Source: a virus. From it: DNA of 45,368 bases. The notes beneath the pieces are model-generated. The model saw nothing but the letters and a program-made list of their open reading frames with translations, was not told where the DNA came from and searched no databases. The position numbers and the translations under genes are program-made. Location of the stretch: IMG/VR virus record IMGVR_UViG_3300029471_000005. One strand, given 5' to 3'. Every line of letters begins with the position of its first letter. Positions within the stretch are counted from its first letter, which is position 1. Below are positions 14,564-25,158 of the stretch, piece by piece.

Positions 14564-15064
14564 ATGCCAGTAACAGGAAAAATTGACCGTAAATATATGG
14601 CTCATTACATTGATTCTGGTTCTCTTTGTGGAGGACTGACACCAAAATATGAGCGTCTTGGAAAAGATCTGGAAGAGTATAATGTAGACCTCAATCCAGA
14701 TACAGAAACATCTAAAAACATTCTCGGAGAATCCACATTTAAGCATAATGGCTACGAAGCTTCTTCTGACGCTGATCCGTTCTATGCAGACACCACATCA
14801 GACCTGTTTGAAAAGCTTCAGCAGATCGTAGATGAACGCCTTAAAGATGATAATCTGAAAACAAGTGCAGTTGAAGTACATCTCTGGAAAGAAGCAACAG
14901 CCGGTAAATACGAAGCATACAAGCAGGATTGTCATGTTGTGCCGACTTCCTACGGCGGTGATACATCCGGCTATCAGATTCCGTTCACAGTTAATTACGT
15001 TGGAGCGCGCGTCAAAGGTAAATTTGACATTACTTCCGGCTCATTCACAGCTGACAGCGAATAA
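14564..15064 (+). CDS. Major tail (tube) protein
   Basis: 166 aa from ATG 14564, preceded by the same RBS context as the capsid gene; located upstream of the chaperone and tape measure genes. Confidence 0.7.
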   Translation: MPVTGKIDRKYMAHYIDSGSLCGGLTPKYERLGKDLEEYNVDLNPDTETSKNILGESTFKHNGYEASSDADPFYADTTSDLFEKLQQIVDERLKDDNLKTSAVEVHLWKEATAGKYEAYKQDCHVVPTSYGGDTSGYQIPFTVNYVGARVKGKFDITSGSFTADSE

Positions 15065-15084
15065 TTTTTAGGAGGGTATAGAAA

Positions 15085-15510
15085 ATGGCAAAAACAATTA
15101 ACACAAACATTGATGATGGATTTCTTATTTTTACATTCACAAACAAGCAGGGAGAAGTATTTTCTTCATTTAAGATAAATCCTACCGACATTAATGTTGC
15201 AGCAAGAGCAGAGGAAATCGAACCGTTTTTTGAACAGATGCAGGACAGTATTCAGAAGGTCACATCAAGTAAAGAAATGGCGGATCTGAACAAGCAGATT
15301 GAAGATAAAATGAACTATCTGTTAGGGTATGAGGCTTCAATGGATTTATTCAAAGAGCCGATCACCGCAACAACTGTATTCCCAAACGGTCAGGTTTTTG
15401 CATATATCGTGCTTGATAAGATTTCAGAAGCAATTGCACCGGAAATCGAAAAAAGAAAGAAAAAAATGCAGGCTACTGTTGATAAGTATACGGAGAAATA
15501 CACAAAATGA
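15085..15510 (+). CDS. Tail assembly chaperone
   Basis: Acidic 141-aa protein between the tail tube and tape measure genes. Confidence 0.55.
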   Translation: MAKTINTNIDDGFLIFTFTNKQGEVFSSFKINPTDINVAARAEEIEPFFEQMQDSIQKVTSSKEMADLNKQIEDKMNYLLGYEASMDLFKEPITATTVFPNGQVFAYIVLDKISEAIAPEIEKRKKKMQATVDKYTEKYTK

Positions 15511-16079
15511 CCGCTTACGAGTTACCCACCTCACTAAATATCAGTGGGGTGGATTTTTCTATCAGAACAGATTTTCGAGTAATTATTGACATTCTGGTCG
15601 CCATGAATGACCCAGAATTGGACGAACAGGCGAAAGCTGTTGTTATGTTACAGATTTTGTTTGAGGACTGGCAAAGCATACCCCTGGAACATCTTACAGA
15701 AGCTTGTCAGAAAGCTTGCGAGTTTATTGATTGTGGTCAATTCGATGATATCCCGAACAAGCCCAAACCCCGTTTGATGGACTGGGAACAGGATGGAGAT
15801 ATGATCGTTCCGGCTGTGAACAAGGTTGCTGGTAAAGAAATCAGATCAGTACCTTATATGCACTGGTGGACGTTTTTTGGATACTTTATGGAATCTGGCG
15901 AGTGCCTGTTCAACACCGTAGTTGGAATCCGGTCAAAAAAAGCAAAGGGCGAAAAGTTCGATAAATGGGAAAAGAAATTCTATCAAGAGAATAAAAACAT
16001 AATTGACATAAAAACACGTCTCAGCGACGAGGAGCAAGCTTATAAAGATAAGCTGAATGAGATGTTGAACCTCAAATAG
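15507..16079 (+). CDS. Tail assembly protein (Gp15-like)
   Basis: 190 aa directly upstream of the tape measure gene; ATGA overlap with the preceding gene. Confidence 0.5.
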   Translation: MTAYELPTSLNISGVDFSIRTDFRVIIDILVAMNDPELDEQAKAVVMLQILFEDWQSIPLEHLTEACQKACEFIDCGQFDDIPNKPKPRLMDWEQDGDMIVPAVNKVAGKEIRSVPYMHWWTFFGYFMESGECLFNTVVGIRSKKAKGEKFDKWEKKFYQENKNIIDIKTRLSDEEQAYKDKLNEMLNLK

Positions 16080-16094
16080 TTAGGAGGTGGACAC

Positions 16095-19000
16095 ATGGCT
16101 GCTGATGGCTCAGTCATTATTGATACCAGAATGGACACATCAGGCGTGCAAAACGGCGTATCAGCAATCAGGCAGTCTTTTAACGGACTTGGCAGCGTAG
16201 TAAAAAAAATAGGCGTACTGATTGGCGGAGCATTTGCAATTGGGAAACTGGCCCAGTTTGGGAAAGAGTGCGTAGAACTTGGTTCTAATCTGACAGAAGT
16301 CCAGAACGTGGTTGATGTTACATTTACAACCATGTCTGATAAGGTCAATGAATTTGCAAAGAATGCCATGACCTCTGCCGGACTGTCAGAGACAATGGCA
16401 AAAAGGTATGTTGGAACGTTCGGAGCAATGTCTAAGTCGTTCGGATTCTCCGAAGCACAGGCTTACGACATGTCAACGGCTCTAACGCAGCTGACTGGTG
16501 ATGTAGCATCATTCTATAACATCAGTCAGGACGAGGCGTATACGAAACTAAAGTCTGTATTTACGGGCGAGACGGAAACATTGAAAGATTTAGGCGTTGT
16601 CCTTACGCAAAATGCACTTGACCAGTATGCGCTGGCAAATGGATATGGGAAAACCACATCTGCCATGACCGAACAGGAGAAAGTGGCTCTCCGTCTGGCT
16701 TTTGTACAGAAACAGTTGTCTGCCGCATCTGGTGATTTCATCCGAACATCTGACAGTTGGGCGAACCAGGTGCGAGTGATGCAGTTACAGCTGCAATCTC
16801 TCAAGGCGACAGTTGGACAGGGATTAATCAATCTCTTCACTCCTGTTTTGAGAGTTATTAATATTTTGCTGGGCAAACTGGCAACTCTGGCAAATGCTTT
16901 CAAGTCATTTACGGAGTTAATCACCGGAAAGAAATCATCTGGCCAGACAGGCACAAGTGGTGCAGGCCTTGCCGGGACAGATGCAATAGCTGATACGGCA
17001 GACCAATATGGAGATGCTGCCAACAATGCCGAAAAGCTGGCAGATGCGACAAATGATACAGCAGATGCAACTAAGAAAGCTACTAAGGCGGCAAAAGGAT
17101 ATCTTAGTCCTCTTGACGAAATAAATAATTACTCAACGGATAAAAGCACAGATTCATCGTCAAAAGTACCGGGCGCAACCGGCGGACTTGCAGATCAGAT
17201 GAAAGATGCTGTACAAAATGTTGATTATGGAAAATTGGCAGAGGGTGAGACAGTTCTTGATAAAATGTCAAAACCGCTAAAAAAGATAATCGACAGATTT
17301 AAGCAGCTGGCTAAGTTAATTGCAAAAGGATTCTGGGATGGATTAGGAGATTACGAGCCAATTTTTGACGGAATAAAAAAGGATCTCGATTCCATATGGA
17401 AATCTTTAAAGGATATCTTTACTGATTCAGAAGTTACTAAAGCAGCAAATAATTTTTTCGATTCATTCGCATATGCAATTGGACAAGTTGCCGGCTCATT
17501 TGCCAGAATCGGATTAACAATTGCGCAAAACATTATAGGCGGAATCGAAAAGTTTTTAAAGCAGAACACGCAAAGAATAAAGAACTATCTGATAGATATG
17601 TTCAATATCGGCTCTGAAATTGCACAAATAGGCGGAAACCTTGCAGTTGCTTTTGCTGATGTTTTCTCAGTTTTCGGCGAAGAAACTGCGCAGCAGATTA
17701 CTGCTAATTTAATCGGAATCTTTACTGAAATTGGAATGGTTCTTACGGAAACAGCCGCAAAACTTGGCAGAGACATCCTTAACATGATTGCGCAGCCTTT
17801 TATCGACAACAAAGACATTTTGAAGTCAGCAATTGAGGGCAGCCTCGGAGTAATAGAAACTGTAACAAGTGGGGTCTTAACAGTTGTTCAAAACCTTAGT
17901 GATGCAATATCGAGGCTATACGATGAGCACGTAAAGCCGTTCTTTGATTCTATAGCGAATGGATTATCAAGCATATTTGAGACTCTGATAACTGGATACA
18001 ACACCTATGTTCTTCCAGTTTTGCAAGGACTGGCAGAACAGTTCAAAGGGCTATTAGAGGGACCATTAGGGGATGCGATTTTAAAGATAGAAACATTCCT
18101 CGGAAAACTCATTGATTCTCTGAAACTTCTGTGGGAGTCGGTATTAGTGCCTTTGATTAACTGGATAATCGCGAATTTGCTTCCGGTCGTGGCAGAAATA
18201 ATTAACGTTGTAGGCACCGTAGCAATAAAAGTTATGAAATCATTAATTAAAATAATTGGTGATGTAGCAGACACTCTGAGCGGAATCATTGATTTCCTTG
18301 TAGGCGTTTTCACAGGAGACTGGGAACTGGCTTGGCAGGGAATAAAAGAGATTGCGGATGGAGCATGGAGTTTTATCAAAGATGTTGTGTCAGGTGCGTG
18401 GGAGATAATTAAAACCGTAACAAAAGGCGCGTTGAGTATAATAAAGAGCATCATCAGCACTGCTTGGAATGCGATTAAAGCATTGACTTCAACAATCTGG
18501 AACGCAATCAAAAAGACACTTTCTGGCCTTTGGAACTCTCTTAAATCCACAGCCAGCACAGTATTTAATGCAATTAAAACTAAAGTTGTAGGCGTATGGG
18601 ACAGCGTAAAGAACAAGACATCCCGAACATGGGAAAGCGTAGCTACGTTCGTATCTAATAAAGTAGAAGCGATAAAAAATGCTATCACTAATAAGTTTAA
18701 TGCCGCCAGAGATGCAGTCAAATCTGCATTTGAAGGTATTGTTAATTTCATTAAAGCTCCGATTAATCAGGCAATCAGCATTGTTAATAATGCAGTTGGG
18801 ATGATTAATAATGCAATTGGTGGAATTGAATCTGCATTTTCCTTTGGGCCTTGGACTGTTCCAACACCGTTTGGTTCAAAGACTATTGGATTTCATGCAA
18901 CATTTCCACGTATCGGAACTATCCCATATCTGGCCAGTGGCGCAGTTATTCCACCACGAAGCGAATTCCTTGCGGTATTAGGTGACCAGAAGAAAGGAAA

Positions 19001-19187
19001 TAACCTGGAAGCACCGGAAAGCCTATTACGGCAGATCGTCCGGGAAGAGTCAGGAAAAGGACAGGGAGACGGAAATACCTACAATGTTACAGTTAATGCA
19101 TCTGGCAGAAAACTGTTAGATATTATTATCAGTGAAGCTGAAATGAGAAGAAACCGGAATGGGAAGAACCCATTTGAGTTAGCGTAA
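16095..19187 (+). CDS. Tape measure protein
   Basis: 1030 aa, helical and repetitive, in the canonical position; hydrophobic segments and W/F periodic repeats in the C-terminal half. Confidence 0.9.
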   Translation: MAADGSVIIDTRMDTSGVQNGVSAIRQSFNGLGSVVKKIGVLIGGAFAIGKLAQFGKECVELGSNLTEVQNVVDVTFTTMSDKVNEFAKNAMTSAGLSETMAKRYVGTFGAMSKSFGFSEAQAYDMSTALTQLTGDVASFYNISQDEAYTKLKSVFTGETETLKDLGVVLTQNALDQYALANGYGKTTSAMTEQEKVALRLAFVQKQLSAASGDFIRTSDSWANQVRVMQLQLQSLKATVGQGLINLFTPVLRVINILLGKLATLANAFKSFTELITGKKSSGQTGTSGAGLAGTDAIADTADQYGDAANNAEKLADATNDTADATKKATKAAKGYLSPLDEINNYSTDKSTDSSSKVPGATGGLADQMKDAVQNVDYGKLAEGETVLDKMSKPLKKIIDRFKQLAKLIAKGFWDGLGDYEPIFDGIKKDLDSIWKSLKDIFTDSEVTKAANNFFDSFAYAIGQVAGSFARIGLTIAQNIIGGIEKFLKQNTQRIKNYLIDMFNIGSEIAQIGGNLAVAFADVFSVFGEETAQQITANLIGIFTEIGMVLTETAAKLGRDILNMIAQPFIDNKDILKSAIEGSLGVIETVTSGVLTVVQNLSDAISRLYDEHVKPFFDSIANGLSSIFETLITGYNTYVLPVLQGLAEQFKGLLEGPLGDAILKIETFLGKLIDSLKLLWESVLVPLINWIIANLLPVVAEIINVVGTVAIKVMKSLIKIIGDVADTLSGIIDFLVGVFTGDWELAWQGIKEIADGAWSFIKDVVSGAWEIIKTVTKGALSIIKSIISTAWNAIKALTSTIWNAIKKTLSGLWNSLKSTASTVFNAIKTKVVGVWDSVKNKTSRTWESVATFVSNKVEAIKNAITNKFNAARDAVKSAFEGIVNFIKAPINQAISIVNNAVGMINNAIGGIESAFSFGPWTVPTPFGSKTIGFHATFPRIGTIPYLASGAVIPPRSEFLAVLGDQKKGNNLEAPESLLRQIVREESGKGQGDGNTYNVTVNASGRKLLDIIISEAEMRRNRNGKNPFELA

Positions 19188-19197
19188 GGAGAAGAAT

Positions 19198-19575
19198 ATG
19201 CCGCAGGAACAATTTAAAATAGACAACGTTGTTATAAGAGCACCGGATAGTTACAAACCGGTGTTCGCAACCACTTCTACGGAAGACTCTAAAAGAAGTC
19301 AGGATTTGATTATGCACAATACACCAATGGGAACAATTGGCGGGTATGACATGCAATGGGGCGAGCTTACATGGGCTGAAATAGCAACCATACTAAATAC
19401 TGTACTTAACAAAAGTCAATTTACATTCCACCACAAAGACCCAACTGTTCCGGGAAGATGGATAGACAGAACATTCTACGCATCAAATTTTAATATGGCT
19501 GCGCAAACTTTGAAAGACGGGGAAGAAAAGTGGACGGATTTGTCTATTAATGTAAGGAGGATTGAGCCGATTTGA
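19198..19575 (+). CDS. Small tail protein (possible short distal tail protein)
   Basis: Position between the tape measure and the large tail-tip protein; only 125 aa. Confidence 0.4.
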   Translation: MPQEQFKIDNVVIRAPDSYKPVFATTSTEDSKRSQDLIMHNTPMGTIGGYDMQWGELTWAEIATILNTVLNKSQFTFHHKDPTVPGRWIDRTFYASNFNMAAQTLKDGEEKWTDLSINVRRIEPI

Positions 19576-22500
19576 TAAATGTATCTACTCAGTTGAAGAA
19601 AGAATCTCTTACAAACAGAAATTATTACGTGACAGCAAATGTTACATTGTCAAATGGTACAACTCTTAAGCTAGGCAAAAAAGACTTTTATCTGTCTGGA
19701 AATAGTCTCGTAGATTCAGCAGACTCTGGGGACTTCCCGGTGGGTGTAGCAATAGAAAAAACGGCAAGTTTATCATTGGTAAATGATGACGGGCGCTTTG
19801 ACGGATATAATTTTAACGCCGCAAGGTTTGTTATCTTTCTCAATGTGCAGTTATCCGACAGGATAGAAGCTATAAAGAGAGGTACTTACATTGTGTCGAA
19901 AAAGCCTGCAACGGCGAGCGAAATAAGTCTTTCTCTCTTAGATAAAATGCACAATGCTGATAAGACATATGATTCTAACCTGTCTTTTCCTTGTACAGTC
20001 AAGGAACTGCTCTCAGAATGCTGCCAGCAATGTGGAATCACTCTTGGAGATGCAATGTTTCCAAATGCGGACTTTCAGATTCGGAAAGCGCCATCTAATG
20101 CGACATACCGTACAGTAATCGGAATGTGTGCCGGGATAGCCGGTGGAAATGCAAGAATCGACGAAAATGACTTACTCAGGATTATTACGTTTGATAAGAC
20201 ATTTACCAATACGACTATTTACGATGGTGGAGCAGTAAAGAACTGGACAAATGGTGATGATCTGGATGGCGGCACGCTTAATCCATGGACAATGGGGACT
20301 GTGATTGATGGTGGTACGTTAAGCAATAACGATTATCACGCGTTATTTTCAATTCAGAATCTACAATATGACGTAGACGATGTTATTGTAACAGGTGTCA
20401 AATATGTAGAAGATGAGACCGAATATATGTCAGGTCAGGACGGCTATGTGATTACTATTGACAATCAGCTATTGTCGGGCAATGCACAGGCAGGAGTCGA
20501 AGCTATTGGAAATCAATTAATCGGTTTGCGAATGCGTCCTTTCTCATGTGACGGAATTGCCAACGGATACGCCACTTTTGGCGATCCAGTTGAATTTATT
20601 GATACAAAGAATCGTGTCTTTAGATCGTTTGTGACAGATATAGAGTTCGTGTTCGGCGGTTCAACATCATGGAGTTGTAGCGCAAAGAGTGCTGAAGAAG
20701 ATGCAAGCGAGTTTATTGGTGATCAGCAAACAGCGGTAGAGCAGTCAAAAAAAGATATAGAAAAGAAACTATCTGCCTATGACGTAAAGCTCAAACAAAT
20801 GAACGAGCTTGCAGCAAACACGCTAGGTTTCTTCTATACAGAGGAAATACAAGAAGATGATTCCGTAATTACGTACCGGCATGATAAACCTACACTTGCT
20901 GATTCTAAAGTAATTTATAAGACAGGTGTCGATGGATTCTTTTTGTCAGTAGATGGGGGTCAGACATGGAAAGCCGGCTTTGATAGTAATGGAGATGCCG
21001 TTCTGAATATTCTCTATGCCATCGGTATTCAATCAGAGTGGATTAATACAAGAGGCTTCACAGCGAAAGACAATAACGGGAATACGACATTAAGAATAGA
21101 TGCTGACACGGGTACTGTCACATTAGAAGTTGAAAACTTTACGCTAAAAAGTAGAACTATTGAACAGATCGCCAAGGATGTTGTGGATGGGACAGTTCAA
21201 AATAATGTGACTATCCCGAACTATTATGGCACGTATGTACCAACATTGCAGAACTATCCGGCATCTGAGTGGAAAAGTGAAGAATATAAAAAACATGACG
21301 GCTCGATTTTCATGAACTTCTCTACAAGCCAGGTATATATGTTTTCTGGAACTGTTGGCGCTTGGCAGGAACTGGACGCTGAAAAAATTGTCAATTTTGA
21401 AAGAGTTTTTAACGCTTTAACGGATAACGGTAAGCAAGAGGGAATTTATATGCAGAACGGACATCTGTATATAAATGCTTCCTATATTAAGTCCGGCCAG
21501 ATTTCAGCTGATTTAATTAATCTGAAAAACATTAATGTTACAAACAGTTCTGGAACATCAACATTTGCGATTGATAACTACGGAAATGTTACGCTCAGGC
21601 CTAATACATTTGTGTTAACAAACGGCGATACAATATATAGCATTGCTGAAAATAAAGCTTCGACAGCATTATCGAATGCGAATCGCTATACAGACAATGC
21701 ACTTAGCAACCTCGACATAGGAAAAATGTCTAAACAAGAGATTATTAATGTGCTAAGCGATAACAGCAACAATAAAGGTCTGTATCTATCAAATGGCAAT
21801 GTGTACATGAATGCCGATTATATTAACACAGGTGAATTAGCAGGATGGGAAGTTGGACATAAAAAGCTTTCAGCAAGTGGCACGTATGGAGAAGTAATAC
21901 TAGACGCTTCATCTGGAGAGATTTATTCAGAGACGAATACAGGAGTATATGTACCGGGGTACGGGACACTGTACGGAACACGAATCAGAGGAATTAATCT
22001 TTATACAGGAACTGTACACGCAAGCTCAGCCTCGTTTAATACTAGCGTTTCGGCGAGCAGCATTTCAGCGAGCAGTGTTTCAGCATCAGGAAAAGTTAAA
22101 GCAGGCACACACGTAGAAGCCAGTGGTCATTTCTATAGCATCGGTACGGGGACAGACCTTGCAGATGCTTCTATCAGAGGGAAGCTGAAAGTAAACGGGA
22201 CAAAATCAAGATCAGTTTCGACGGTAGACTATGATGAACAGCTCTTTTACTGCTATGAAATGCCAACCCCATTCTTTGGAGATATCGGTGAGTCTGTAAT
22301 ATCGGATGACGGAACTTGTATGATTGACATAGATGATATCTTTCAGGAATCTGCAAATGTCGGCATTAAATATTATGTGTTCTTGCAAAGAGAAGGAGAG
22401 GGCGACTGTTGGATAGCTGAGAAAGAGCAGAATTATTTTATTGTAAAAGGAACTCCGGGACTTAAATTTTCGTTTGAAATCAAAGCAAGACAGGCTCAAT

Positions 22501-22676
22501 ATGAGCATATGCGATTTGCTGACCCGGGAGATACGGCTTATACAGACGCAAGAGATATAGAAATCCCGGAACCAGATTATGAGTCAGAAGATATAGAAAT
22601 CCCGGAACCAGATTATGAATCAGAGCTTATCAACGACAGATTGAGTATTATTAATCAGATGGAGGTAATATCATGA
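19572..22676 (+). CDS. Tail-tip / tail-associated structural protein (Tal-like, 1034 aa)
   Basis: TTG start overlaps the upstream stop; size and position fit; C-terminal internal repeats including DIEIPEPDYESE x2. Confidence 0.7.
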   Translation: MINVSTQLKKESLTNRNYYVTANVTLSNGTTLKLGKKDFYLSGNSLVDSADSGDFPVGVAIEKTASLSLVNDDGRFDGYNFNAARFVIFLNVQLSDRIEAIKRGTYIVSKKPATASEISLSLLDKMHNADKTYDSNLSFPCTVKELLSECCQQCGITLGDAMFPNADFQIRKAPSNATYRTVIGMCAGIAGGNARIDENDLLRIITFDKTFTNTTIYDGGAVKNWTNGDDLDGGTLNPWTMGTVIDGGTLSNNDYHALFSIQNLQYDVDDVIVTGVKYVEDETEYMSGQDGYVITIDNQLLSGNAQAGVEAIGNQLIGLRMRPFSCDGIANGYATFGDPVEFIDTKNRVFRSFVTDIEFVFGGSTSWSCSAKSAEEDASEFIGDQQTAVEQSKKDIEKKLSAYDVKLKQMNELAANTLGFFYTEEIQEDDSVITYRHDKPTLADSKVIYKTGVDGFFLSVDGGQTWKAGFDSNGDAVLNILYAIGIQSEWINTRGFTAKDNNGNTTLRIDADTGTVTLEVENFTLKSRTIEQIAKDVVDGTVQNNVTIPNYYGTYVPTLQNYPASEWKSEEYKKHDGSIFMNFSTSQVYMFSGTVGAWQELDAEKIVNFERVFNALTDNGKQEGIYMQNGHLYINASYIKSGQISADLINLKNINVTNSSGTSTFAIDNYGNVTLRPNTFVLTNGDTIYSIAENKASTALSNANRYTDNALSNLDIGKMSKQEIINVLSDNSNNKGLYLSNGNVYMNADYINTGELAGWEVGHKKLSASGTYGEVILDASSGEIYSETNTGVYVPGYGTLYGTRIRGINLYTGTVHASSASFNTSVSASSISASSVSASGKVKAGTHVEASGHFYSIGTGTDLADASIRGKLKVNGTKSRSVSTVDYDEQLFYCYEMPTPFFGDIGESVISDDGTCMIDIDDIFQESANVGIKYYVFLQREGEGDCWIAEKEQNYFIVKGTPGLKFSFEIKARQAQYEHMRFADPGDTAYTDARDIEIPEPDYESEDIEIPEPDYESELINDRLSIINQMEVIS

Positions 22677-22873
22677 AGAAGATTTTAACAAGTTTTATGA
22701 ATCTTAGCACCGGAGAAGGGAGTCGCATTGCTTATACCTATTCAGAAGTAGATGAAAACACAGGAAACATCATCAGCCAGAATAATAAGGGTAATTTCCT
22801 TGTAATGAATGACGATGTGCAGAAAAATCTTGATTCCGTAAAGGATTACATAAAAAATAATTTCCTTTCATAG
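22673..22873 (+). CDS. Hypothetical protein (66 aa)
   Basis: ATGA overlap with the upstream gene; GGAGG RBS. Confidence 0.55.
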   Translation: MKKILTSFMNLSTGEGSRIAYTYSEVDENTGNIISQNNKGNFLVMNDDVQKNLDSVKDYIKNNFLS

Positions 22874-22888
22874 GGAGGTAAGTTTAAT

Positions 22889-24796
22889 ATGGCCAACACA
22901 TACACAATACAATTCCGGCGTGGCATGTACGCCGATTTTGATGCGTCGAAAATTCGCCCCGGAGAGCCTGTTGCGATTCTTGGCAATGACCCGTCCGTTC
23001 CATCTGGCAAAGCCTTATACATTGCATTTGCGGCTAATGATGTAAGACGGTTGTGCTCCATTGAGGATATTTTAGAGATGGTTAATGCTGGAGAGTTTGT
23101 TGGTCCGCAAGGACCCAAAGGTGAAAAAGGAGATAAGGGCGCAGACGGTACCGTAGCATTTGAATCGCTGACACCTGAACAGAAAGAATCGCTAAGAGGA
23201 ATATCTATTAAGTCAGCTTCTGTTGACACGGACGGAAATCTGACAATAACGTTTTCGGATGGAGACAGTGAAGACGTTGGAAATATTATGGGTCCGCAGG
23301 GAATTCAGGGACCCAAAGGCGATAAGGGTGATGTTGGACCACAGGGACCCAAAGGCGATAAGGGTGATGTTGGGCCAAAAGGTGACAATATGAGTGACGA
23401 GCAGGCGCAGCAGATTAAGAAAAACACAGATGATGTTGCTTCACTAAGGGAAGATATATCCACCAAAATCACCAAATTCTACGCCTGTTCGCAAGGTGAA
23501 ACTCATCTTGCCGATTCTGACAATGGCAAAATTATGGATATGATGGTGTATGGACGGAGTGAACAGAAACAGTATAGTGGGAAGAATTTGCTGAATGCTA
23601 CATTCAAAACTGACACATACAGTGGTGTCGCATTAACAAATAACGGAGATGGAACGTATACAATCGAGGGTACAAATAACAGTTCTGGCGAACTTACTTT
23701 TCCGTTAGTACCAACCGTAGATGAACAAAAAGCATTGTATAATTCATTAATTGGGAAAAATGTCAAGTTTATCGTTGAATCCGGTTCTACTATAAGTGGC
23801 TCGGTAGGTAGAATATGCTTTGTTTTCTATAATAAAACTGAAAATAGATATTCTAATGAAACTTATAATGGAGGTAATGTTACTGTTCCTACAGGGTACG
23901 ATTTATCAGTTGTTGATATACATATAAATGTTGGTCAGACTGTTCCAAAAACAATTATCAAACCAATGATAACCACTGACCTAACCGCCACCTACGATGA
24001 TTTCGAACCCTACACCGGTGGTATCCCAAGCCCGAACCCTGATTATCCGCAGGAGATTAAGAGCGTGGTGAATCCGACTGTGAAGGTGTCAAACGAAGAT
24101 GGAACACAATTTAAGACCGTCACTCTCCCATACACGTTAAACGCTATCCCTGTAAGCTCAGGCGGTAACGTCACAATCGACGGTCAGCAGTATATTGCAG
24201 ATTATGTAGATGTGGAACGGGAAAAATTGGTGAGAATGGTTGATGATGTAGAAGCGAAAAACTATACATGGGATTTATATCCTGGTGGAAATAATATGCC
24301 TAGACGCTTTGGAATGAATGATACAATCAGATTTAATATGCCAGCTGATATCAGAATAATGTCTTCTCATTTTAAACAAATAGCGGCGAATACCAGAACC
24401 GATTTATCAACTTGGTTCCAAACATATTATATTGCAATAACCGATATGAATGAGAAATGGAAAAATTCTGAAGCATTAATTCAATGGTTTTCAGAAAATA
24501 ATGTGCATTTTTATCTGCCTTTAAAAACTCCAACAGAAATCGACCTCACACCCGAAGAAATTGCCGCATTCAAAACACTCGTAACATACTACCCAACTAC
24601 AAATATCAGTGTCAATAGCGAACAGCTTGACGGATATACAGTATTCAATTATCCAATAAGTATGGCAAATGGGTGGAATTATGTCAAAAAGCAACTTAAC
24701 GATAACCGTGACTACATCTACGACATGGACATACAGAGCGCAGAAGCCTATGTCAACAGCGAATATGCAGTAGCATTAACAGAATTGGAGGTATGA
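22889..24796 (+). CDS. Tail fiber / receptor-binding protein with collagen-like G-X-Y repeats
   Basis: GPQGPKGEKGDKGADG and GPQGIQGPKGDKGDVGPQGPKGDKGDVGPKGD tracts; 635 aa, the last large tail gene. Confidence 0.75.
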   Translation: MANTYTIQFRRGMYADFDASKIRPGEPVAILGNDPSVPSGKALYIAFAANDVRRLCSIEDILEMVNAGEFVGPQGPKGEKGDKGADGTVAFESLTPEQKESLRGISIKSASVDTDGNLTITFSDGDSEDVGNIMGPQGIQGPKGDKGDVGPQGPKGDKGDVGPKGDNMSDEQAQQIKKNTDDVASLREDISTKITKFYACSQGETHLADSDNGKIMDMMVYGRSEQKQYSGKNLLNATFKTDTYSGVALTNNGDGTYTIEGTNNSSGELTFPLVPTVDEQKALYNSLIGKNVKFIVESGSTISGSVGRICFVFYNKTENRYSNETYNGGNVTVPTGYDLSVVDIHINVGQTVPKTIIKPMITTDLTATYDDFEPYTGGIPSPNPDYPQEIKSVVNPTVKVSNEDGTQFKTVTLPYTLNAIPVSSGGNVTIDGQQYIADYVDVEREKLVRMVDDVEAKNYTWDLYPGGNNMPRRFGMNDTIRFNMPADIRIMSSHFKQIAANTRTDLSTWFQTYYIAITDMNEKWKNSEALIQWFSENNVHFYLPLKTPTEIDLTPEEIAAFKTLVTYYPTTNISVNSEQLDGYTVFNYPISMANGWNYVKKQLNDNRDYIYDMDIQSAEAYVNSEYAVALTELEV

Positions 24797-24798
24797 TT

Positions 24799-24963
24799 AT
24801 GTTATATAGAACATTACTGAAACTTAAAGAGAGAAACGGTCTGACAGACGATTTAAAGAATAAGATTGATATTTTCTTTGCGACTGGCAGGATTACAGAG
24901 GAACAGTACAATGAGCTGATGGATGTTAATAAGGAAGAAGAACCGAAAGTGGAAACTAATTAA
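24799..24963 (+). CDS. XkdX-like small protein (54 aa)
   Basis: GGAGG lies 7 nt before ATG 24799; ...FFATGRITEEQYNELM... resembles XkdX-family proteins found after tail fiber genes; too short for the ORF track. Confidence 0.5.
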   Translation: MLYRTLLKLKERNGLTDDLKNKIDIFFATGRITEEQYNELMDVNKEEEPKVETN

Positions 24964-25052
24964 CTGAGGGCTTTAGTTAATCTTTGTCGAACAAAAAAAT
25001 GTCTAAAATAGAATAAAAAAATACCCTTTTACGGGGCACCATTTAGCATCAT

Positions 25053-25080
25053 CCGGCAGGCAATCACCTGTCGGATTTTT
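25053..25080 (+). terminator. Rho-independent terminator ending the tail operon
   Basis: CCGGCAGG-caatca-CCTGTCGG stem followed by ATTTTT. Confidence 0.65.
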
Positions 25081-25110
25081 AAATTGGTACAGAGATGCCT
25101 TAACGCTAAA

Positions 25111-25119
25111 TGTTATAAT
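25111..25119 (+). promoter_or_regulatory. Extended -10 promoter element TGTTATAAT upstream of the endolysin gene
   Basis: Perfect TGnTATAAT 40 nt upstream of ATG 25159. Confidence 0.5.
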
Positions 25120-25158
25120 CAAAATTAGGTAAGAATCTTTGCGAAAGGAGCGGGCAAC

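Noticed and set aside
15448-15510. Canonical -1 programmed frameshift joining the two tail chaperone ORFs at the A-rich run GAAAAAAGAAAGAAAAAAATG
   Set aside because: The -1 frame carries a TAA at 15483-15485 between the A-runs and the start of the downstream ORF, so slippage there cannot produce a fusion. The two ORFs are simply ATGA-coupled.
16040-18751. Several 100-250-aa minus-strand ORFs inside the tape measure gene
   Set aside because: They are antisense shadows of a long, compositionally biased gene. None has an RBS or recognisable motifs.
22889-24796. Diversity-generating retroelement target in the tail fiber
   Set aside because: No reverse transcriptase gene and no template-repeat copy of the fiber 3' end is visible anywhere in the window.
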